Below are positions 40,418 to 53,678 of a DNA stretch of 64,000 nt, in pieces. The notes under the pieces were generated by a model, which made no database searches, was not told the DNA's origin, and saw only the letters and a list, made by a program, of their open reading frames with translations. Position 1 is the first letter of the stretch, and the number at the start of each line of letters is the position of its first letter. This DNA comes from Octopus bimaculoides. Its lineage: Eukaryota. Both the position numbers and the translations under genes were made by a program. The stretch covers positions 38,119,318 through 38,183,317 of the forward strand of contig NC_068990.1 of the NCBI RefSeq assembly GCF_001194135.2, read 5' to 3'.

Positions 40418-42192
40418 TCATATATATATATATATATATACTTACCTGTATGCGTCTTCATATATCTGTGTTTAGATATATGTACTTATATGCGTGTGCG
40501 TATATGTAAATCAGTTTTCAGTTGACTGCATTTTCTTCTCATCTGACAAAAGGATAAGAACTTAAATAAAAGTGATGCTTTTTTTTTTATTGGTATTGAT
40601 TCTGTTTCCAAAAGCAGAAATTCCTTTATGGTCAATAATAGCTTCAGTTAGTCATTGAAAGCGCATCCTCAATGTATTAGGGCGAAATAACATCCGGTGG
40701 TTAGAGCGGTTATTTGTACGTGGTCTTGCTTACTTGGTAAGTCTTAACACGTATTAGCTGCTTAAATTCTGTAGCAATAAAGCAAGATCTAATGAAACTT
40801 GCTCCCGTAATGCTGTATTGTAATAAGCTCACTCCCATCTATGTCGTTCGGAGTTCAAATCCCTTCAACACCTCACTGCGTTAGTTTTGCTATGAACTCG
40901 TCTCGATCAAAAATCTTGTAAGGGAAACTGGATTGAAGGAAATTGTGTGAAGCCTATGGCAGTAGATGAAAGTTGAAATGAATTGTAATATGAAGTGCAC
41001 ATCATTTGTCAACTGAAATACAATTATTGATATTCTTTGAACAAATCCAAGGCTGACAATCTGGAAGACAGAACAGAATCGATTACAAAACGTTCATATA
41101 ATTATGGAGGAACTTACATTTTCATTTCAAATCGTATCAACTTTAATTTTCTGATGGACTTAGAGCGTAAAAAGGAATTGATATGCTTTCGTCTTGGAAT
41201 CTAATTCATATCACAGACTCCGAACTTTGCAAGCTGAAATATTCTTGATGATTTGTGAAAATGGAATCTAATTGTCAAAAAAAAAAAAAAAAAAAAATGT
41301 CAAATTAAATTGAAGAGTTATTTGAGAAATATAAAAATAAATATAATCATAAATATTGGTCATAAAACAAAAGCATTAATATAGTCTCGAAAAGAAATAT
41401 ATTTATAAAATATACGCACAAGATGGAAAACAGAAATTTATTACATTTTTTTTTTCTTGCATACGTAATATTAGATTCCTTAGTCTAATTTTTTTCTTAA
41501 AACAATATTCAATATTTTATATGCAGCTACTCGCTCCAAAAATTGCAGATGTTTATTTATCTTTAATCCCCGCTTTCTCATTTTAAATATAAAAATTCAG
41601 AACAAAATACGAAATAAAAAATTATTTATTAGACAGTAAATCAAAATTAGATACTTTTTTTTTTCTATTACGCTTATTGTTTATCTTTCCAACTTTTTGT
41701 TTTGATAAATTGTTTCATTTTTAATGTCATCTTGTTTGTTTACTGTTTTAATAAGGCGCAACAAATAGCTCCACAGTGTAATAGATAAACAAAAACTGCA
41801 TGATATTTGATATAAAAATATTAAAAACATATTAAAAATATTTCTATGATCTAATAAAATTCACACAAAAAAAAATACCATTCAATAAAAATTAAAATGG
41901 CTATTGCAGCCACAACAAAAAAACAGCAAAAACATAATCAATTAATTGCTCCAATAACAACGTTGTAGATGGAGGCGGATAAAATGTAAACGTGATAAAA
42001 TGAAGACAAAAATGAAGAGAGAAAAAAAAATTGAACAAGTTAAATGAAATAAAATTAAATGTATAGAAATAAAAATCTGTTGACTAGCTAAATGTAAATA
42101 AGAGTATGAAATAGCTAATTTCAATCATTTTTATTTTCATTGCTATTTAATTTTCTGTATTAACAATTTTTATTCTGTGTGTATGTGCATGA

Positions 42193-42265
<73 letters not shown>

Positions 42266-42539
42266 GTATATGCGACCCTCTACTTCGTTTCCAAGTAAGT
42301 TTATATATATACATATGTACATATTCAAACATTTCTCTCTCCTTCTTTGTGTACATACATACATACATACATACATACATACATACATACATACATACGT
42401 ATATACATGCATGATTATAGTTATGAAATATTTTTCCTATAGGCGCAGTAGTAGCTGTGTGTCTCTCAAAGAAAGTTGAAAAAAGAGGTTCGTGAATGCG
42501 CCGCATGTGTGTGTATGTATATGTGCTGGCATATATATT

Positions 42540-43137
42540 TATACGCGCATCTCTCCATTTCACCGTTCCCTCCCTCTCTCACTCTTCCTCCTTGACTCTC
42601 TCGTCGCTGACACGTGATGAACGGGATCTATCTCTCTGTCCATTTCCTTCCTAGAGAAAAGACGTGCCTCGCCTGTCTTCTCTCATCGCTCGTCCTCCTT
42701 GCGTTCATAATAATTTTTCACATCGTTTTGGCTCAACAGCCCTCACCGTTTGTTTTTACTGTCTTGTTATCACTGTCCTGTTCTTGTTAACACTTTCGCC
42801 TTCCGCAAAAAATCCGAAATTTTATTTAATTTGCTTTGCGGAAAGGACTGTTTCAACGAAGTCGTGTATTGTCCTTACTTTCAAAACGCGGAGTAGATGA
42901 AACAGAGACAACTGAAGAAGGTGTATATTCTTTATGTTGCATTCTCGTTTCTCTGTTTTTTCGTTGTTTGAAAAAAGTTCGTTTGCTATGTTTTCGTTTC
43001 TCATTGTGTTTAACGTTTTCTGATGTCCTGTACCCATATATGGTATCATTCAAAAGCTAAAACAATGCAAAGCGCATCGTGACCAGCGATGTATAACAAC
43101 ATCCGATAGTCTGGTCGATCACTCGGTATACGTAGGT
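42540..43137. promoter_or_regulatory. CpG-rich, non-microsatellite region; candidate promoter or first exon
   Basis: Roughly 30 CpG in ~600 bp by eye, well above the surroundings. Also a CACGTG box, a CT-rich tract, and donor-like sites on both strands (+ 43132 gtaggt; - 42878 gtaagg and 42746 gtgagg). Confidence 0.4.
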
Positions 43138-43566
43138 ATCTATGTATGTGTATGTGTGTGTCTGTGTGTCTGTGTGTGTGTGTACAGGAAAAAGTAAGAT
43201 AAATACATTCTTATATTATTAGTTCCTACGTACGTTTCGCCATTATGGTTATTTGGAACCCTGCAATGGGTATTTCAAGAGCATTTTTATGCTTAATCAG
43301 CACGTCCGTTTTATGTTTTGTGTTCAAATTCTGTTGAGATAGATTTGCCTTTCATCATTTTGGGGTGGATAAAATAAGTATCAGTTGATCACTCGAGTAG
43401 ATGTAATCGATTAACTCTTTTTCTCCGAAATTGCTGGTCTTGAACCAAAATTTGAAAGGAATATGATAGCATGTGACATTTCTCCGACCGGTTGTATATT
43501 CAGTACTTCGTTGTGTCTCGGTCATCGACCTCGCTACTGCTTTCATACTCTCTTTACGTCTACTTA

Positions 43567-44424
43567 CGAGGTGGTATAAAAAAGTTCCAGGAATTGTTAT
43601 GTTTAATACAAAATAGTTTATATACCTAAGTTTTAACATCCTCTCCTTCGAAATAGTAATCTTGTGCAGTTCCAGCATTCCTGCCACCTTTGCAATCCAG
43701 CCTGGAAGTCGTTTTCCGTAAGCGAACCGAGGACCTTCTGTGAATCGCTTTGGATCTCGACAACGTGCTGAAACGTTGACTTTGGACCAACATTTTCATC
43801 TTGGGGGAGTGTTCGAACTCCGCAGGTGCTAAATATGACGAACAAGCGAATACACAGGTGCAGAAACGATACTATGTTGCTTATGGTGAGAAACTCACGA
43901 CTGATGAGAACTTGTTGATGGGGTGCATTGTTGTCGTGAAGAATCCACTTCTTCGCGCTCCACAGATCCGGTCATTTTCGCCGAATGTCCTCCCTTAAAC
44001 GCTTCAAAACATCGCAGTAGAACTCTCGATTAATCTTCTAACCTTGGGGGACGAATTCTCGATGCCCAATGCTACATTTCCGGGGATGACGCTCGTGGTA
44101 GGTCTTCCAGATCGCTCATCGTCTCCCAGAGGCTTTCTTCCGCTTTTGAAGCGAACGTTCCACTCGGGAATCTGCGTACAACCCATTTCTTCCTCGTCGT
44201 AAGTTTGTTGAAGCATGCTCAATGACTTTGTAGCCCCGAGTTTAATGCAAAATTTTAAAAAATCACTAGAGATACGCGTGATCACAAAAGCACACATTTT
44301 AAAAATTGCGAATTAAGCACGGCAATGTCCTTCGGCACACTATCTCATGAAGATCACTGTTATCTCTCACTGCCAATGCAACCGTGTACTGTCAGGTTTT
44401 CGGGAACATTTTCAATGAACACTG
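43567..44424 (-). mobile_element. Internally deleted mariner transposon
   Basis: Minus strand reads FCIKLG...FKSGRKPLGDDERSGRPTTS, a deletion, then HREFVPQG..INREFYCDVLKRLREDIRRK, WILHDNNAPH and QRWQECW. Ends ta|cgaggtggtataaaaaagttcc; the other TIR is degenerate. Confidence 0.88.
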
Positions 44425-44699
44425 TAAACGTCGTCTACGCTATAAGCATTTGCTTCTTGGAAACGCAACTATGTCTAATGTATAATGTTGATTCCATACT
44501 CCTTCACTTTCAACTTGCCTCATTCACACTCATTTGCAACATCCTATCCTAATCTTTGAGTTTACAAACGCTTTTATTTTTCCTGCATATGTCCTCAGTC
44601 GAAAGACAACTGTTGTTATATTCTTGTTTGTATTTGTAATTGTGTACCATGTTTTCTGTCTTTTGTTTGTGTTGTCATACACTTTTGCTAGCTTTCTTA

Positions 44700-44935
44700 C
44701 AAAAATCTAATGCTCTTAGCTTGGACTTTTTTGGGAGACAACAGTCTCAAGTTTAACTGCCCGAAACTGTAAGGACATCTGGTAAGTTGACTGACGAAAG
44801 AAGGCCACGAATGACCAGTCCTTTGTCTCCTATCCCTCTAATTGTTGTTTTTCCTGTTTGCCTTTGTAACGTCTATCTTTCCGGATGTCTATTGTCGTTT
44901 ATTGCATTTTTGTTCCATTATATATACATGAACAC
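44700..44935 (+). repeat. Probable retroelement terminal fragment with nested stems
   Basis: ggagacaa/ttgtctcc, aggac/gtcct and tggt/acca pairings; T-rich tail similar in style to the Penelope-like ends elsewhere in the window. Family not identified. Confidence 0.35.
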
Positions 44936-44968
44936 ATAATGCTTATATGTGTATACGCTCGCATATAC

Positions 44969-44999
<31 letters not shown>

Positions 45000-45259
45000 T
45001 GCACACATGCATATATAATACCTACACACACACACACACACACACATACCACACACAATTGGTGAGAAATAAAGCAAAGCCAAATACAGAGTGATAAATT
45101 CGTAGCAAAACATTTTATTCTGCAAAAGTATAAGCTTGCAAAAACTGTATTATTTAAAGATGTTTCGTAGTAAGAAAAACTGAATTTAAGAAACCAATGC
45201 ATCCATTCATACAATCCTGCATACATACGTACATAATACATACACACACACACACACAG

Positions 45260-45291
<32 letters not shown>

Positions 45292-46970
45292 GTATGTATA
45301 TATATATATATATATGTATATATAAACATATATATACACATATATGTATATATATACATGCACACATACACGCACATACGCAAATGAAATAAATAGTAAA
45401 CATGATAATACCTCCCTTCTCAACTGCCCACAACAAAAGCCTGTCCCCCCCCCCCCNNNNNNNNNNNNNNNNNNNNNNNNNNNNNNNNNNNNNNNNNNCG
45501 CACATACTCGCTCATGAGGAGAGGAAAGAAAACCACCATCCAGCCAACACCACACGGCCATTCTTCGAACCATTTGAAAAGATTTATACCTCCTACCTGA
45601 CAGATGAAATAAATATAAACAAACACGTCCCTCCCACGACACCCAGCAGACACATTCTCTGACCACACCTTCTGTTACCTTCACCCTACTCCCAACCAAA
45701 ATTGATTAAATTATGGTCTGTTTCCATTCAATACATCAACTACAATTCAAAAATATTTAGTGTCTTTCCTTAGATTATTACTTTGGGGTTGTTTTATCTT
45801 ATTATTGTTTATTTAGAGATTTTATTTCTCATGTTCTTGTTATGTTATTTTTATGTTCTTCTTAAGCTGTTATATTTTTGTTACCATTTCTCTTATCCAA
45901 GTACTTTTATTATTCTAGTTTTATGTTTCTTTATTTGTTATGTTATGCTATTTGTTTGTTTTTAATTTTATTTAATGCTATTTTTTAATTCATTTCTTCA
46001 TGGTGGTATTCTGCGTTTTAGCAGCTAAAAGTTTCAGTTGAAGCGCAGCTAGAACGATATAATACAGTTTAAACCAATACAACTTTATCTACAAAATTTC
46101 CAAGAGTGAATGAGAAAATATAGACAGTCATTTATTTCTAGTTTCAGTAGTTTATGCTTCTGCGAGATGAATGTTCTCCTTCACATGAATAAACTACCAA
46201 CATATTTCAAGCGACATGGCAAAAGCATTTTTAAACATTGCTTCAAAAAAATTAATAAGAAATGTAGATCGTAGACTGTTGACCAACTTTATTTAAGTGA
46301 TTATTGACGTATAAAAGTTACTGGCAAAGTTTGTAAGAAATGTATATAATATCAATGAAGTCTCCTATGAAATCACATGAATTCAAAGAACCTTTGCTCA
46401 TCTCCAGTTTACGAACGCTTAAAGATTAATCAATCTCCGCTAGGAGAGGCAACTAACATACTGACATATTGTGGGCAACTTATATTAATGAAAGCAATGA
46501 ATGTAGCATTGTCAACAGACAAATCATGTATCAGTTTAGCAAAACAACTGCTGGTTACAGAATTATGACAGTTAATGTCAGAGACCTACACAGTCACTAT
46601 ACTTACCCGAGAGAATAGCCGAATTTTCTTTAAATCGCAGCTTAATACCTTTAGAGAAGGACACATTATTTAATAGTCTTAGAATTAAATACATTGGAAG
46701 GTCATTCTTTGTCTATAACTGTCTGAAGTTCAATGCATGTACGTGAATGCGTATTTTTACGTGCTTGCATGTATCTGTATGTTGTATACACATGTTTCTA
46801 TATGTGTATGAGCTTTTGGAATAACTTTCAATAAAATTCTACTTCATCAGAACTTAGAACTTATTATACCAGATCTTAGTATTTGCATACAGCTATGTTG
46901 ATTCAGTGAGCGCGAAGTTTCTTAGAATCGTCATAATAGTAAACACTCTCCAGTATATAATGTACTACAA

Positions 46971-47190
46971 GGCGGCGAGCTGGCAGAAACGTTAGCACGC
47001 CGGGCAAAATTCTTAGCAATATTTCGTCTGTTTTTGCGTTCTGAGTTGAAATTCAGCCGAGGTCGACTTTGCCTTTTATCCTTTCGGAGTCGATAAATTA
47101 AGTACCACCAATTGCGTAATGGGGTCGACCTAATAGACTGACCTTCACCCCCAAAATTTCGGGCCTTGTGCCTAGAGTAGAAAAGAATAT
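46971..47190 (+). mobile_element. Second octopus-type tRNA-derived SINE family, near full length
   Basis: ggcggcgagctggcagaaacgttagcacgccggg..., B-box-like gagttgaaattc, central gtcgactttgccttttatcctttcggagtcgataaattaagtacca, and tail ggccttgtgcctagagtagaaaagaata. Confidence 0.9.
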
Positions 47191-48039
47191 AAAGTACATT
47201 TCTTTGGTGTCAGAGCATCTTCTTCACCTCAAACCAGTGGGACAGTCAAGAAGAGGTATAACAACTAAATCACTCACAAATTACAACCTATCAACTCAAA
47301 AGAAGGCGAACATTTTGTTTAATGTAGTTTTAGATATCCTCTATTTGAGAACAACACAGGTTAACCTCAAATAAAACTGAAACCGTTTCATAAATCCACG
47401 CAGTTGGAGTTCAGCTGGGATAATCGAAGATTTTACCACCCAGACTCCATCTTTATCATATATAGGTGTATGGGAGTGAGTGAGCAAGTGTGTATGTGGG
47501 TGTGTGGGTGTGTGTGTGTGGGTGTGTGTGTGTGTGCACGCCTGTGTGTGTACATGTCTGTGTATCTGTGTATCTGTGTGTGCGTGCGCGCATCTAACAT
47601 ATATGAATATAAGATAATAATACAGAAAGAATAAACATCAACAAAGATACACTTTTTAAGAATTTATTTAAAGCAAATTGTGAACTTCAAAAGACTATTT
47701 GTAAGAAAACCGAGGGCAGAAACAATTCAGTCAAGTAAATCAAATAAACTTAAGTGTAATAAACCAAACGGCAGGGAAATGCCAAAGGTTTTTTTTATAA
47801 ATTTCGGGGATTTGCGGAAATGTTTGATACCTCGAATTTGCAAATACCTCATTTTACCTTACCAGAAAATATACCTGATCTAAAATCATGAAGTGCATTT
47901 GCAATTATAATGAGTTTGCAAGAAAGTGGAAAATAGATGCCTCAGTAACATGGCTTAAGGAACCGTAAAACCTCAGCCTTCTGTGACTTGATATTGCTAA
48001 AAATGTTTTCTTATAATATTCTAGTAAAAGGTAAAAATT

Positions 48040-48201
48040 TGATTATATTGACCCAAGTGTTTGACTGGTATCCTAGTGCATCGTCATCAAAAAGAATAAA
48101 AACTATTGACCTCGGCAGGATTTGATATCAGAACGTAATATGCATGAAGAAATATAGCAAGGCATTTTATCCAACTCCATAATGACACTGCCAATCCATC
48201 G
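48040..48201 (-). mobile_element. Decayed copy of the second SINE family
   Basis: ttgacctcggcaggatttgatatcagaacg...gcaaggcatttt...ctgcca is the reverse of the 46971 copy. Confidence 0.7.
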
Positions 48202-48988
48202 TTAAAATAGTAAATATTAATACTAGGAACAGTAATGCCATTCTTGTGAAAAGAAAATAAAAAAAAAATATACGTCAATTTTAAATTAGATACCTGAAAT
48301 GGGTTCGTAAATTTTAAAGAAAGCTTAGAATACAGGAGTTAGCAAGTGACCATGATGCAGTGAAAGAACTAGTTTCAAAAAACCAAACGTTGAATAATGT
48401 TTTGAAAAATGAATAAATGATAGAGCGAATGGCAAGAAGAATAAACACTAGTAGAAGTTTGCAAAAACTGTTGAGAAACAAGAAACGATGAACAATGACG
48501 TAGGATGAATCGACATATTGAATTTCAGTGTATATATATATCAAAGAAAGAAAAATTGAAGTTCATATACTCATAGGAACAAACATTTTTAAATCACAGA
48601 ATAACAGTTTTAATACACCATATTCTCTAGCAGAACTTAATGGAGAAAAATAAAATATAGAATATCAAAAAGTTCACTATTGTTATATTATAAATTATAG
48701 TTAAAGTAAAAATGCCATAGATAAAATTGACTGGAAAATATTAAATCGAGTTGCCGAGATTGAATTGGCTGTTAGAAGTGAAAGGCAATAAACATGATTT
48801 TAATCCAAAGTAAAACAAAGAACTTGATAGAATTTCAAGAAAGATGCAACAACAACTATAAATAACAGCAATAATAATAATAAAAGCGACAAAACAATAA
48901 AAAAGATAATAAATAAACGAAATAAACATCATTTTGAAATGAAGAAATGGATAATAAAATATACAATAATCTTTGTAGGAAATGACAC

Positions 48989-49024
<36 letters not shown>

Positions 49025-49737
49025 CCTTTTTTCTTCCCCCTCCGTCTCTCCCTTTCACTCACAAACATAAAAACACAGACAATTTCATACACAAAATATT
49101 CTCACTGTCTCAAACACATAAGCACACGCATATAAATACACACACTCACATGTCCATAAATATACAAGTTTACATACACACGCAAAGAGACACTCTTACA
49201 CATATAAACAAACGCATTCTCACACACATAACAAAACAAAAGTGGCTTAAATACACATACAAACACACGCATACGATTGGGCATTATCTCAGCAAACAAG
49301 TACACTTTCATACAAAAACAAACACACAATCACGCTGAAATACACATACACAGACACATGCATTCTGGTACAAACTAATATGCACATACTTATACACAAA
49401 CGTACACATATACATACACACACGCACAAAAACACTGACACAAGCACACAGAGAAAATACAAATTACAAGACAGATTTCAGTGATAAATCTGTTGAGACA
49501 TAAATATTTTTTCTCCCCCAAAATCATTATTATTTCTTGTGAGAAAGAGAAAAACGCAAGAAAACATTAAACCAAAAATGAAACATTGAGGCGCATATAA
49601 CACACATAGATCTGTAATACGCATACACACTTATGTGTATATACCCAATTTCTCTTGGCCTCTTAAACTAAAAACAACCTGCAGATGGCAGCAGCGGTCA
49701 TCGTGAACAGAAAGAGAACGAGAAAGAGAAAGAGAGA

Positions 49738-49781
<44 letters not shown>

Positions 49782-50964
49782 TGCAGCATAGCTCCGTAGC
49801 TTCAAGATACTGTGTTCGATTCCACTGTCAGACATCTTGGTCAATTGTGAGTTTTTAAATCTTTATATTAGGCTGATACATACCTTCTTAACGAGGACTG
49901 GGTATACTGACATTGCATAAAATCCCGTCAGATGGATTGTATTATTTAAATACACAGTATGGTTGCATGTCTGTTACGCCAATTTTTCTTGAGAATTGCA
50001 TAAAGTTTACACTTGATTTTGAATAATGATAAGATTCAACAAACCACTAAATTCACATCATTGAATATATGTGAATCACGACAAAAAAAGAATCAATGAT
50101 CTTCAAAGGAAATCATTCATACTGCTTTGTCATTCTCACCGCTAGAACCAAAGATCACTCTTTGAGATACCTCTAAACAATGATTCTATCGTTCACATGA
50201 GCTTCTATTTACAAGATATGCACCAAGTATGGTTGGATAAACCTGTAGTCCCGGCTTATGGCTGGTAAGATCAAAGAGGCTGTTCCCGTTGTGTACTCAA
50301 TGAAAGCCAACCCTATGAGTATTTAGCACCTAGGGGCTGGTCCAAAGCACGCCTTACGTTGAATTGCACGTTACTGGTATACTCTAGGGTGTCCGACAAG
50401 TCGTAAATCCTATTGATGCATTATAATCAAATGAATAATACCAGAGGTTGGATAATTGTCAGCCCATTACAGCTTTTTTTACCGCATTTTTTAAATAGAA
50501 GAATGAGAACATTAGCTAGCGAATCTTAAACCCCAATCACATACCCCATTGGCCTCCATGCATTTAGCTTTCTTTATTTTTCTTCACTTTTACTTTCCGC
50601 AATCTTTATTCTTCATTCTTTATTCTTAATTTCTTAGGTCCTCTTCCAGCTACCCACTGCTCTATGCCTACTATAATAAAACATCACCTACACCCCACTC
50701 CAGCCTACCTAAGAATCAGTCTAGCAGACTCTTATCTCACCCGGTCGCTGACCTGAGATATCATATTAGACATTTTTAAGAACTATATTCTTAACTGCAA
50801 CGGTCAACTTTGTTGGTCATTCTCTCATTCCATAGTTGGCCTCGACAGACTTCAGTCATGTCCCTGCTGTATTCTTGGGATATTTCTTTTGTTTGTAAAA
50901 TTACGTTTCATCTGATAATTACGGTCTTTTGTCCTGGAGTAATGTTGTCATTCTTCAATTAAAA

Positions 50965-51022
<58 letters not shown>

Positions 51023-51129
51023 GCGTATAATGATGTTTCTGTTATGATGATCAGTGTAGATTTATCATTTGTTTGGTGTGTTGTATTGGTGCTTATTATA
51101 TCTTGTTGTTGTATTGGTAAAGGTACTGT

Positions 51130-51560
51130 TACTCCACCGGTCTTTTCGGCCGAGGTAAGCCGCTGGGTTAGGCTTCTCCTCGTAGTATGTTCACTGCCTC
51201 AGATAACTACCTGTGATGCAGAATGTATGGATATTCGAAACGGATTTTTAGTTTAGCTTTCTAAATCGGTCAATTCATGTTTATTTATGCCGTGTTAACA
51301 GTAAATAGAAGCTGGTTGCTTGGCTTTTTGCTCACACCAAATTAATTTTATTCTTTCATCTACATTGCAGACCGTTCTTGCATACTGCCTCTCCATGTAC
51401 TTCATGAGATATACAACGTTCTTAGTTTTATATTTTTTCTTTTGATTGGCTTAGAAATCTCTGCAGTTGCTATCAGTGCAAGGGATTTTCTTGACTATGT
51501 GTGTTCTCCCAATTACTGACTTAAGGCAGTTGCTTGCTTTTCAGCTACTTTAATTCTCAA
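51130..51560 (-). mobile_element. Penelope-like GIY-YIG endonuclease fragment
   Basis: Frameshifted translation gives IKVAESKQLP, KTKNVVY...ERIK (cf. K.KNVVY.I.C..C...YIGET.R.L.ERI.EH) and LSEAVNIL.EKP. Confidence 0.55.
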
Positions 51561-51728
51561 TTTTGTCTCATGTAATGCTTTACTATGTCTATGATCTACT
51601 TTATGTACCATATTATGATTTTCTATCTCAAGCAAGGAAGTAAAATAAAGTCGGAATATAATTTGTTTAAGTGGTTGATTTATCCTTTCAACTCAACAAA
51701 ACATCTAACTGCTGTCACCATCTTTTCC

Positions 51729-51784
<56 letters not shown>

Positions 51785-51802
51785 CTCTCTATTTATTTAT
51801 TC

Positions 51803-52482
51803 GGATCTAGTTCAAAACGGGGGCGCCAGTATTTTCTTAACGAAACACTTTGAAACTTGGGACACTGGTAGAATGTGTCATATAAAACATCTTTTTCTCT
51901 TAGTCTTCTTAAGAAAAATTATTATATTGCAACTTATCTCATGTTAAAGTTGTCGTATTTCTGTAATTTCAACCAATGACTGACGTCCATTCAGCCGAAT
52001 ACAGTAAGTGCTGACTACGTAAACAAACGATTCTCAAACGATTCTGGCGGTGATAAAATTATTATTTCCTTGTCAAAAAATGGCTGAAGCATATTGGCAG
52101 TAGCTAATAAACCTTTCTATTATAGGCAGAAGGCCTGGTTTTTGAGAGAAGGAGCAAGTCAATTAGGGTTAGGGTTATGGTTAGGGAAAACGAACACACG
52201 TGTGTTGCCTCTCTTCAAAATGTCAGAAGTAATGGAGATTAAATACGCTTTACACCGCTTAAACTGCCAAAGGAGTAACTATAAACAGCTGAATATTTGT
52301 CTGTGATTGGTTGAAATTATCGAAATATGACAATTTTTTACATGAAATAACTTCCAATACAAAAATTTTTTGTGTTCTATAACACAAAATAGATAAGTAT
52401 ACGAAGTTTGAAAGTCTTTCGGTACTAAAAACACTACATAAAACATAAATGAAAACTGGTGCCCCCGTTTTAAACTAGATCC
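51803..52482. mobile_element. MITE with GG termini, long imperfect TIRs and an 8-bp TSD (ATTTATTC); Merlin- or Mutator-like
   Basis: atttattc|ggatctagttcaaaacgggggcgccagt ... actggtgcccccgttttaaactagatcc|atttattc. Subterminal inverted homology (aatttcaaccaat / attggttgaaatt). Carries a SINE-tail fragment (52111-52167) and (TTAGGG)x4-like repeats (52163-52186). Confidence 0.88.
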
Positions 52483-53678
52483 ATTTATTCATTTATTTAT
52501 TTATTTACTCACACACATACACAGAGACATGTTATATTACACTCCGACTTTCTATTACTCCCCACTCCTTAAGCTTTTCTTGTCCCCCACTGTCCCTAGC
52601 ACTCTTTCTCCGTTTCTCTCTCTATCTGTCTTCTGTTATTATAACATGATTTACAATAAGTTGTTCATTATATCAATGGTGTAATGGTTTTCACCGACAA
52701 TATTTAAACGTGAAAGCGCTAAGAGATATACATCAACATCTTGTATCTTGTATCTTTCTGCATTTTTATAATTGTATCTATAAAATATGTTAGTGGCTGA
52801 GTAGGTGGATAGTCTGTTGTACTTGTTAGAATCTCACTAAATTGAGTTGTGCATCAGTCAAATAAGATAGCTGCACGGGCTGGTTACAATCTGTGAATTC
52901 GTATATATGAAATGTAGTATAATATATGTTTAAGTATATCATAGGCGCACTCTGGCTGGTAACGGATGATACTAGCGATTATGAGAAAAGGAACCAAGAA
53001 TTTAAAGACTTTGTTCGGTTGTTTGCTATTACCTAAATTACCGAATGCGACATTGTGAATATTTAAATCGCAAATTTTCTTCGAGATTGAAACAATTTAA
53101 GGTATTTTATGCGTAAGTAAATAAGGATAATCAGAACTTTTTGTGTTGGTGACACATAATTATGCGTTATGTGCGCCCAGCTTAGATGGAACACTCAGAG
53201 GCAAAGTCTCAATTACAAAAAGCTGTGCATTGTAGTTACGGTACATAGAGGGGCTGTATTAGCTTGGTAATCGAAAATTAATTATCAAAGCTCATGTAAA
53301 TATATATTAAGGTACGAGACAACTAAAACGTGTGACACTTTGCCAAATAGCCTGGGAGGAGCCATGCCATTTTAGACAGTTTGACAGATGTCATATTAGA
53401 AGAGGTGGAGTTATTATGAAATGGTATTCATGTGTTTGAGACTGAGAACTCTATGTGTGTTTGTACTGATTGAGTTCTCTCCTTCAAACGGAATTATTCA
53501 TCCTTCCTTTAGTTGAAGTCTATTGGTACTGATAGCAAACCGAGTTAATGCCCAAATGTCCTGAAACAAAGTTAATGATTTTTATCACGGCATAGTTATC
53601 GTACGCGCAACTGCACAATGTACGAAAATCGATGTTTGATTTATTTGTCGTAGTCGTCAATCAAGGAGAAGGTGTATA

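Noticed and set aside
40438-40450. ATACTTACCTG resembling the U1 snRNA 5' end (similar at 46599)
   Set aside because: The match is only about 11 nt and no U1 body follows.
46607-46712. Minus-strand 106-nt open frame (TKNDLPMYLILRLLNN...) ending at a perfect gtaagta donor
   Set aside because: Weak acceptor with no pyrimidine tract, no recognisable protein similarity, and such motifs are common in AT-rich DNA.
46820-46855. Hammerhead-like CTGATGA...GAAA on the minus strand here and at ~27245-27272
   Set aside because: Stems I and III do not form and stem II is weak or absent; expected by chance in AT-rich sequence.
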